From a candidate division WWE3 bacterium UBA1401 (GTDB taxonomy: Bacteria; Patescibacteriota; WWE3; UBA101185; UBA10185), in the NCBI GenBank assembly GCA_002305115.1, contig DBQF01000005.1, positions 1-53,430 of the forward strand: a DNA stretch of 53,430 bases, written 5' to 3'. The notes under the pieces are model-generated. The model searched no databases. It saw only the letters and a list, made by a program, of their open reading frames with translations, and was not told the DNA's origin. The translations under genes and the position numbers were made by a program. Every line of letters starts with the position of its first letter. Within the stretch, counting starts at the first letter, position 1. Positions 36,473-44,020 of the stretch are shown piece after piece.

Positions 36473-37407
36473 AAACTGTAGACCTGCTCACAATTGGAGA
36501 TTGCTCAATAGATTTATTCATGCAACTTGACGGTAACTTCGTAGCTCAAAGCACCGAAACCAGAATAAGTTTCTTACACGGCAGCAAAGTTCCAGTTGAA
36601 TCATTTGAAACTTCTATTGCCGGCAACGCCTGTAATGTAGCCATTGCCTGTACTCGCCTCGGCATGAAATGTGCTATCTATACCGAACTCGGAGACGACG
36701 CAAACGCCGATAGAATAATAACCGAGCTTACCAACGCAAAAATAGATACTTCATGCTGCATAAGAAACGAAGGTACCCCCACCAATGTACACGCCATTAT
36801 TGTGCACGAGGGCGAACGAACCATATTTTCTTATCATGAAAAAAGAAATTACAAGATCTACAACTGGCCCATACCTAAGTGGGTCTTTTACTCGTCTTTA
36901 GCGAAAGGCTTTGATGACTTCCAGAAAAAGTTAGTGCAGTACTTAAAGCTAAACCCAAGAATCGGCATTGCATTTAATCCCGGCACTCAGCAGTTACGGG
37001 AAGGGGTAAAAGCCTTAGAAGAAATGCTGGAACTGACAGATGTTTTATTTGTAAATAAAGAAGAGGCACAAATGCTTGTAGGTAAAAGTGCAAGTTTGGA
37101 AACACTACACACCAAACTGCAAGAACTAGGCCCAAAACTTACGGTAATTACAGATGGCGCAAACGGCTCAAGCGCTTCGGACGGAGTGAAAATGGAAAAA
37201 GTGGGAATTATTGAAAGCAAGAAAAAAATCCTGGACAAAACTGGCGCGGGTGATGCCTATGCTGCAGGGTTCATTACAGCCTTGCACCACCACAAGTCTA
37301 TGAAGGAAGCCATGTTGTGGGGCGCAAGAAATTCATCTAGTGTGATAAGGGAAATTGGCGCAGTAAAGGGTCTGTTGAATTTATCAGCAATTCAGACTAA
37401 GAATTAA
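36469..37407 (+). CDS. PfkB family carbohydrate kinase
   Basis: AGNACNVA, NKEEA and DKTGAGDAY motifs. Confidence 0.93.
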   Translation: MKTVDLLTIGDCSIDLFMQLDGNFVAQSTETRISFLHGSKVPVESFETSIAGNACNVAIACTRLGMKCAIYTELGDDANADRIITELTNAKIDTSCCIRNEGTPTNVHAIIVHEGERTIFSYHEKRNYKIYNWPIPKWVFYSSLAKGFDDFQKKLVQYLKLNPRIGIAFNPGTQQLREGVKALEEMLELTDVLFVNKEEAQMLVGKSASLETLHTKLQELGPKLTVITDGANGSSASDGVKMEKVGIIESKKKILDKTGAGDAYAAGFITALHHHKSMKEAMLWGARNSSSVIREIGAVKGLLNLSAIQTKN

Positions 37408-38251
37408 GCCGCTCCTTACAGAACTCCGTGACTATTTGCTCTAATACACTTACCCTTTCGCGCAAGCTCTCTAAATCTTGGGAAGTTATAGAATAATCAA
37501 GCTTATACCTGGCATCTATGTACGCTTTACGCAGCAATTCAAACAACTTTCTTTGGTCTTCTTCCTTTTTAGGGAAAACTTGCGCAACTTCGGGCACCTC
37601 CTGAATTAGTAGATGTTCTATTTTGGCTAAGTTGTGAGTTTTCGGCTTATAGCCGGTAGCAACAAGCAAAAGTGCTGTGTACAAAGCTTCAACTGCCTGA
37701 TGCAGGTGAAAGGCGGCATTGCTGTGCTCACCGTCTTCCATATTATGTTGATAATCCTTTAAAAAAGTTTGAGCCTTCCCAACCCAGAAGGCATAATTCT
37801 GTTTTGCCAACACTCGCTGCTGGTTTTCATCAAGCTCCCCCGGCTCCGATAATTTAACATTCCCCGAGTCAAAGAGTACCAGGCCCTCTCTGCGAATGTC
37901 TGTATAAAAATAATTACCCTCCAAAATGCGAGCATTGACAAAGTGAATGGTATCAACCACTAGGTTTACCGAAGTAATGATGTCTTCGTCAGCGTCAATG
38001 GCCTGCTCGATAGAATTCCATAGACCAAAGTTTTGTTCTAGCTGGGAATTTTTGACAATAACCAGAAGATCAAAGTCACTTTCATATTCATAGGTGACTC
38101 CTGCTTCTTTATACCGATCCGAAACCCAGTCACCACGGGCGTAACTTCCAAAAAGGATAATGAATTCCACGTCTACTTTAGCAGTTATATAATCTACAAT
38201 TTTAACGAGCTCTGTTTGTTTGTGGGAGGGAATGTGGCTTGGAAATTGCAT
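37397..38251 (-). CDS. Fused minimal nucleotidyltransferase-HEPN protein
   Basis: LFGSYARG...SDFDLL (MNT); AAFHLHQAVE...KTHNL...KAYIDARY (HEPN). Confidence 0.88.
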   Translation of the reverse strand: MQFPSHIPSHKQTELVKIVDYITAKVDVEFIILFGSYARGDWVSDRYKEAGVTYEYESDFDLLVIVKNSQLEQNFGLWNSIEQAIDADEDIITSVNLVVDTIHFVNARILEGNYFYTDIRREGLVLFDSGNVKLSEPGELDENQQRVLAKQNYAFWVGKAQTFLKDYQHNMEDGEHSNAAFHLHQAVEALYTALLLVATGYKPKTHNLAKIEHLLIQEVPEVAQVFPKKEEDQRKLFELLRKAYIDARYKLDYSITSQDLESLRERVSVLEQIVTEFCKERLNS

Positions 38252-38293
38252 ATTACGGCTATTGTAGCAAAGCAGTGTATACTAGAAAAGGCT

Positions 38294-39271
38294 ATGTTAT
38301 TTCTTAGGCGTAACTTACCTATCTGGCTTGCCGGAATTAGTTTGCTTGCCATACTACTGGCAGTGATCATTGGCTATGGCAAAAGACCGGTTAATGGCCC
38401 AGACTTAACTGAAGTACAAGAAGAGGAACTTATTGCCGGGCACACTTTTGTTAAAGGTAACTATCAATCCAACAACACACTAGTCATGTTTTGCGATTTA
38501 TATAACAGCATGTGTGCTGATTATTTCCGGTTTATTGAAAGTTTGTACGAAGAACACAGCGGAAATTTAAAAGTTGCCTTTAGGCACTTCCCTCTCGCAG
38601 ATGAAACTGCTGCTAAAGCAGCACAAGCTGCGGGTGAGCAAAATGCTTTCTGGGAATTTATTGAAAAAGTATTTGGCAGCCAGGAGTATTTATCGCAAGA
38701 GAAACTTCTAAGCATAGCAGAATCTTTAGGCATTGACGTACAGAAATTCCAGGAAGATGCGCAAAGCCTGTACGTGCAAGATCAAATTGCTAAGGATAAA
38801 GAATATTTAACTAAAGTAGGGTTTATGAATTTACCTGTGTTTTTCCTTAATGGCAAAAAGTTAACCTTTGGCAGCACAGCAGACATTAAAATGCAGGTAG
38901 AAAAAGAACTTACCAGGAGTATGGCATTTACTACTCCGGAAACGGATATACCCGCAGAGGATCAGGCAGAAGAACAACCGCAAACAACCGCACCTATACA
39001 AACAATGGAACCTTTGCAAATTACTTTTTCGGAAAACGGATGGGAACCACAAAGAGCCACAGGCTATGCCGGCCAGATAGTAAAGTGGACAAACTTAACT
39101 TCCCAACCAATAATTCTGAAGCAGTTAATTTATAAGTTTCCTGAGTTGCAAGGCGGCAAAGAAATAGGACCAGGCGAGACGTTTGAGTTTAAGTTATATG
39201 GAGAAAAGTTGTGGCGATACATAGAAAAGAATAGTGATAACTGGGCGGATATTTATATTAAGGAAAAGTAA
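38294..39271 (+). CDS. Membrane-anchored DsbA/thioredoxin-fold protein with non-canonical active site and a cupredoxin-like C-terminal domain
   Basis: FRHFPL, AAQAAGEQNAFWE and LPVFFLNG. CDLYNSMC replaces DFxCPxC. Start at ATG 38294. Confidence 0.8.
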   Translation: MLFLRRNLPIWLAGISLLAILLAVIIGYGKRPVNGPDLTEVQEEELIAGHTFVKGNYQSNNTLVMFCDLYNSMCADYFRFIESLYEEHSGNLKVAFRHFPLADETAAKAAQAAGEQNAFWEFIEKVFGSQEYLSQEKLLSIAESLGIDVQKFQEDAQSLYVQDQIAKDKEYLTKVGFMNLPVFFLNGKKLTFGSTADIKMQVEKELTRSMAFTTPETDIPAEDQAEEQPQTTAPIQTMEPLQITFSENGWEPQRATGYAGQIVKWTNLTSQPIILKQLIYKFPELQGGKEIGPGETFEFKLYGEKLWRYIEKNSDNWADIYIKEK

Positions 39272-39314
39272 CTCCGATGACTGATCAAAGGAGCGATAGT
39301 AAAATTCACATATG

Positions 39315-39360
39315 CCGCAGGCTTTAGCCTCGGGGAAGCTCTTTACCTACTGGCAGGTAA
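39315..39360. repeat. Family D hairpin plus family A-like hairpin between convergent genes (possible bidirectional terminator)
   Basis: ccgcaggctttagcctcgggg (39315-39335); ttacct-actggc-aggtaa (39343-39360). Confidence 0.6.
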
Positions 39361-39371
39361 GATTATTAAAA

Positions 39372-40010
39372 CTAATCAAACGTAAACGCAGACGGACACA
39401 CCTTATTCAGTACACATTCTGCACAATTAGGCTTGCGGGCAGTACACACATACCTGCCATGCAGCACCATCGCGCCTGAAAAATTTCGCCAATACTCTCT
39501 TGGCACTAACTTCATAAGATCCTGCTCTATCTTCTTTGGATCCGTCTCCTCTGTTAACCCCAAACGGCCTGAAACTCTAGAAACATGCGTATCCACCACA
39601 ATACCTTCGGCAATATCCCACAGTTCATTTAAAATCACATTAGCACTTTTTCGCGCAACACCCGGAATTTTTGTAAGCTCTTCAATAGTTCTGGGAAGCT
39701 CACCACCAAACTCCGAAAGCATCACCTGACCTGCTTTTTTTAGCCTTTCAGCTTTACCTTTGTGAAAATTCACCCCATAAATAGCCTCAGTTAGTTCAAC
39801 TATATCTGCATTAGCTAAAGCTTCCCAGGTAGGATATTTTGAAAACAAATCGGGCGTAACCTGATTTACTTTTTTGTCTGTAGTTTGCGCAGAAAGCATT
39901 ACTGCTACAGCCAGCTGCATTTCATTTGCAAAGTGCAATTCTGTTTTTGGAGCGTTGTATGTTTGCTTTAGCAACTCGGCAATTTTTTTAGCTTGGCTTT
40001 GTTTATCCAT
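39372..40010 (-). CDS. nth: Endonuclease III
   Basis: LSAQTTD, HhH IPGVARKSA, VVDTHV and Cx6Cx2Cx5C 4Fe-4S motif. Confidence 0.97.
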   Translation of the reverse strand: MDKQSQAKKIAELLKQTYNAPKTELHFANEMQLAVAVMLSAQTTDKKVNQVTPDLFSKYPTWEALANADIVELTEAIYGVNFHKGKAERLKKAGQVMLSEFGGELPRTIEELTKIPGVARKSANVILNELWDIAEGIVVDTHVSRVSGRLGLTEETDPKKIEQDLMKLVPREYWRNFSGAMVLHGRYVCTARKPNCAECVLNKVCPSAFTFD

Positions 40011-40083
40011 AGCATCAAGTATAGCGTACTTGCGAAATTACTTTGTTTAGGGTACTGTTGAACTAGACAAAATATAATTTCCC

Positions 40084-40174
40084 GGCCCAAAGGGCTTGGG
40101 GGTTATCAAGGAGAGAATCGAGGGTACTTTGCAATTTGCTCATATGATGTGATCAGATTGCAGGGTATCCTCTT
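40084..40174 (+). ncRNA. Candidate ~90-nt small RNA
   Basis: TATAAT at 40073-40078, a 5' hairpin, and a 16-bp stem with 3 G-U pairs followed by TTTT. Confidence 0.35.
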
Positions 40175-40175
40175 T

Positions 40176-40940
40176 TCATGTTTTCAGAGTAAGAAACATT
40201 TGTTGCCACTCTTGCGGGGAAATGTTTTGCGCTCGCAGTTTTCCATCTATCCCAACTTTTGCCAGTTCTTCTTTAGTAAACGCCTTATTGAGCATTTTGC
40301 GTGGGTGAGCAAAACCTTTGTGTAAAAATCCCTCATAGTCATCAATAGAATTAGCCGCAATTAGAGAGGGCTTAGCAGTAAGCTTAATTACAGCCCCATC
40401 TACATTGGGTCTGGGATCAAAATAGTCTCTTGACACATCAGTAACATAACTGCAATCGTAGAAGCTTTGAACGTATGAAGAAAGGTAGGTAGCTTTTGGG
40501 GGCTTTGCGCACAGCTTCTGGGCTACCTCTTTTTGCACAAGATACACACATAGCTCAGCCCTTACTGACATGCGAATAGCTCTATGAATAATTGGGGAAG
40601 TTATGTAAAACGGCAATGAACCTATTATTTTGTACTCTTCAGGAGGGCTGAACTTGGGCAACCAGTCAAGAATATCGGCTTGAACAACTTCCACATTGCT
40701 ATTTACTAAAAACATGGCGTTAAGTTTGCCAATAAAGCGTTCATCTATTTCTACGACATAAATTTTTCCGGAAGCTGCAGCCATTCTATCTGCAAGAAGT
40801 TGAGTTAGTGCTCCCAATCCGGCACCTATTTCTATAACGGTGTCTGTAGGTACAAGGTCAAGGGCATCAACCATTTGGTAAACTACGGTACTATTAATAA
40901 GGAAGTTTTGACCTAAATTCTTTATAGGGTTATAAAGCAT
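40176..40940 (-). CDS. rsmA: 16S rRNA m6,2A dimethyltransferase
   Basis: LGQNFL, EIGAGLG, SLPFYITSPI and QKEVA motifs. Confidence 0.96.
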   Translation of the reverse strand: MLYNPIKNLGQNFLINSTVVYQMVDALDLVPTDTVIEIGAGLGALTQLLADRMAAASGKIYVVEIDERFIGKLNAMFLVNSNVEVVQADILDWLPKFSPPEEYKIIGSLPFYITSPIIHRAIRMSVRAELCVYLVQKEVAQKLCAKPPKATYLSSYVQSFYDCSYVTDVSRDYFDPRPNVDGAVIKLTAKPSLIAANSIDDYEGFLHKGFAHPRKMLNKAFTKEELAKVGIDGKLRAQNISPQEWQQMFLTLKT

Positions 40941-40957
40941 TACTAAAAGTATACTCT

Positions 40958-41440
40958 ATGCAAAATGTTTTTGTAGCGCTGGAAAATATCAGAAGTTTAT
41001 ATAATGTAGGTGCAATTTTGCGCACTTGCAGTTTTTTTGGCATTAATAATGTGATTTTAGTGGGTTATTCGGGAAGTTATACTACGCCGGGAGGTAAGAA
41101 GCTATTGCATGAAAAAGTTGCAAAAACTTCTTTAGGCGCATACCAGAACATGACTATTACTTTTCTTAAAAATTCTGCTGACTTAATTGCTTTTGCTAAA
41201 TCTAAAAACTTAAAGGTTCTCGCGGTGGAACAAAGTGAGAAAAGTGTTCCGTTACACTTATGGAAACCAAAACAGGATTGTGTAATAGTTCTGGGTAATG
41301 AAAAGGAAGGTGTGAGCAAGGAAATTCTTGAGGCGGCAGATAAGGTTTTGGAAATTTCCCGTTACGGGAGACACAACTCTCTGAATGTTTCCACCACCGC
41401 CGGAATTGTTTTATATCACTTGGCTACTAATCCCAACTAA
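40958..41440 (+). CDS. SpoU/TrmH family RNA methyltransferase
   Basis: NIRSLYNVGAILR, VLGNEKEG and SLNVS motifs. Confidence 0.93.
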   Translation: MQNVFVALENIRSLYNVGAILRTCSFFGINNVILVGYSGSYTTPGGKKLLHEKVAKTSLGAYQNMTITFLKNSADLIAFAKSKNLKVLAVEQSEKSVPLHLWKPKQDCVIVLGNEKEGVSKEILEAADKVLEISRYGRHNSLNVSTTAGIVLYHLATNPN

Positions 41441-43373
41441 AATCATTCCTGCGCCAGTCCATATCATCCATAAAATCTACTTCTTTTCTTCTGCCATGCC
41501 CACCCCCATTACTTCCAAACACCTTATCTCCCAAGCTCTCAAGTAACTCTTGTGGAATCTCGTCAATAAACCGGCTGGGCAGATTACTTTGAATGTTCCC
41601 AAAGTACAACCTGCTATGCGCACCGGTTAAGAACACTTTCTCTTTAGCTCTTGTTATAGCTACATAACATAATCTGCGCTCTTCTTCCAGTTCGTGAATA
41701 TCCATCATAGACTGCGAATGCGGAAACAACCCTTCTTCCATTCCAATAATAAAAACTACTGGAAATTCCAAACCTTTAGCTGCATGCACAGTCATCAAAG
41801 TCACTGCGTTAAGTTCAAACGCAGAAGGCTTATTGGCACTTTCAATCAGAGACACATTTTCTAGAAAAGCGGATAATTCCACAAATTGTGAAGCTACAGA
41901 CCTAAGTTCTTTAATGTTTTCTATCCGGTAAACACTTTCTTCAGATTTATCGTCTAGCCAACGAATATAGCCTGTGTCTTCAATTACCATATCCATTAGT
42001 TCAACTGTTGCTAAATACTCAGCTTTAGCCAGCCAGGGTTTTATGGGAAACTTTGCTATTGTTTCAATAGCGTCCAAATCCCAGTCTGTTTCTTTTAGCG
42101 ATTCAAGCGTTTTCTGGCCTACACCTCTGGGCGGCACATTAATAATTCTTTCCCATGAAACAGAATCTTTGGGGTTATAAATAACTCGTAAAAACGCAAT
42201 AATATCTTTAACTTCCTTACGGGAATAAAATCTTAAACCCCCAATAATTTTGTATGGAATATTGTTTTTAATAAGAGCCTCTTCCATATTTCTTGATTGC
42301 GCATTTGTTCTGTATAAAACCGCGATATCTTTGTAATCACGCCCATTGCCTAACTCTCCAATAATTTGATTAACTATAAAACTAGCTTCTTCTTTGTCAC
42401 TACGCCCTCTGTAAGAAATTATCTTGTCACCTGCCCCATTTTCCGTCCATAAATCTAAGGGAATATGCGTAGAATTATTTTTGATAACACTTTTTGCTGC
42501 GTCCAGAATGTTTTGAGTGGAACGGTAATTTTGTTCTAAGTTGTAAACTACCGCATCAGCATAATCTTTTTGGAAGTTTAAGATGTTCCTAAAATCCGCG
42601 CCCCTAAAAGAATAAATAGCCTGAGACATATCTCCCACCACAAAGATGTTTTTATAAGCATCTGCCAAAAACTGGGTTATTACATACTGAGCCTTGTTGG
42701 TGTCTTGATATTCATCGACCAGAATGTATAAAAAGGCTTTTTGATACTTTTCCAATATATCCGGGTTAGCTTGAAACAGGTTAACAACTTCTACTAATAA
42801 ATCATCAAAATCTAAAGCATCATTTTTCTTAAGCCGTTTTTGATATTCCGGATAAATTTTGGCAACAGTCCTTTGGAAATAACCTTGGGTAAACCCTGCA
42901 TAATCGTGCGGGCTAATAAGTTCGGATTTAGCACCGGAAATTGTAGCTAGCACAGCCCTGGGCGCAAATTTTTTAGCGTCGATACCAAAGTCTTTAATAA
43001 TGGCTTTAATTAGAGCTTGCTGATCATCTGTATCGTAAATTACAAAAGAAGGTGGAATGCCATTCACATAACCGTCTTTTCTTAGTATTTTGGCACACAC
43101 CGAATGAAAAGTACCTGCCCAAGGTAGTTTTCTCTCATCAACAAGCAAATCCTTTACTCTGATTTTGATTTCATCAGCGGCTTTGTTAGTAAAAGTTACG
43201 CACAAGATATTGCTTTCGTTAATAGCCTGGGTTTCCAATAAATAGGCAACACGGTGTGTTAATACACGGGTTTTACCACTACCGGGGCCGGCTACTACAA
43301 GAGCAGGGCCTTCGGTGTGCTGTACTGCAGCTATTTGCTGAGAATTTAGGTTTGTGAATATATGGTCGGGCAC
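41427..43373 (-). CDS. pcrA: UvrD/PcrA helicase
   Basis: AGPGSGKT, VDEYQDTN, QNYRS, LYRTNAQS and EERRLCYVAITRA motifs. Confidence 0.95.
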   Translation of the reverse strand: MPDHIFTNLNSQQIAAVQHTEGPALVVAGPGSGKTRVLTHRVAYLLETQAINESNILCVTFTNKAADEIKIRVKDLLVDERKLPWAGTFHSVCAKILRKDGYVNGIPPSFVIYDTDDQQALIKAIIKDFGIDAKKFAPRAVLATISGAKSELISPHDYAGFTQGYFQRTVAKIYPEYQKRLKKNDALDFDDLLVEVVNLFQANPDILEKYQKAFLYILVDEYQDTNKAQYVITQFLADAYKNIFVVGDMSQAIYSFRGADFRNILNFQKDYADAVVYNLEQNYRSTQNILDAAKSVIKNNSTHIPLDLWTENGAGDKIISYRGRSDKEEASFIVNQIIGELGNGRDYKDIAVLYRTNAQSRNMEEALIKNNIPYKIIGGLRFYSRKEVKDIIAFLRVIYNPKDSVSWERIINVPPRGVGQKTLESLKETDWDLDAIETIAKFPIKPWLAKAEYLATVELMDMVIEDTGYIRWLDDKSEESVYRIENIKELRSVASQFVELSAFLENVSLIESANKPSAFELNAVTLMTVHAAKGLEFPVVFIIGMEEGLFPHSQSMMDIHELEEERRLCYVAITRAKEKVFLTGAHSRLYFGNIQSNLPSRFIDEIPQELLESLGDKVFGSNGGGHGRRKEVDFMDDMDWRRNDFSWD

Positions 43374-43442
43374 ATGCGTATGATATCACGTAATTGAGCT
43401 TTGGGTCTGGCAAACCTGCCACAAGCATGCTTAAATAACCAC

Positions 43443-43856
43443 ATGAAACTTGCCACCATCATACCCCTAGCCATCCTGCTCATTGGCCTTGTCATACTCC
43501 TCAAGAAAGGCTCATATGAGGAACGCGAATTCGAAATAAACGGAAAAAAACTTACTGTGGAAATTGCCGATACCGAAAAAAAACGTGCCAAAGGCTTAAT
43601 GTTTAGAACTCATTTGGATTACGATAAAGGCATGCTATTCATTTTTCCCACAGAGAGTAAACACAAATTTTGGATGGCTAACACCAAAATTCCTCTAGAT
43701 ATGATCTGGCTGGATAAGAATTTCGAGGTGATTCATGTGGAAAAAAATGTGCCCCCGTGCACTAGTAAGGTTTTAGTGAATTGCCCCAGCTACGGCCCAG
43801 AAACTCCGGCAAAGTATGTGCTGGAGGTGAATGCGGGGTGGTGGAAAGAAGAATAG
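43443..43856 (+). CDS. DUF192 family protein
   Basis: VEIADT...GLMFR...GMLF...WMANT...LDMIW...YVLEVNAG. Confidence 0.92.
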   Translation: MKLATIIPLAILLIGLVILLKKGSYEEREFEINGKKLTVEIADTEKKRAKGLMFRTHLDYDKGMLFIFPTESKHKFWMANTKIPLDMIWLDKNFEVIHVEKNVPPCTSKVLVNCPSYGPETPAKYVLEVNAGWWKEE

Positions 43857-44020
43857 CCTTTACAGCTTTAGATGCCACAAATATACTTAGATACGTGAAA
43901 GATATCATTGAAAAACAAGAAAAATTAGAACTTGAAGAAATCCTCAGAAATCTTCAAAAAACTTTGATGCAGTTAGATAAACAAAATACTGCAGAAACAG
44001 TTAACTCTATAATTCCATGA
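43838..44020 (+). CDS. Small helical hypothetical protein coupled to the Fic-ART gene
   Basis: GGAGG at 43823-43827, GTG at 43838 or 43841; stop overlaps the next ATG (ATGA 44017-44020). Confidence 0.5.
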   Translation: MVERRIAFTALDATNILRYVKDIIEKQEKLELEEILRNLQKTLMQLDKQNTAETVNSIIP

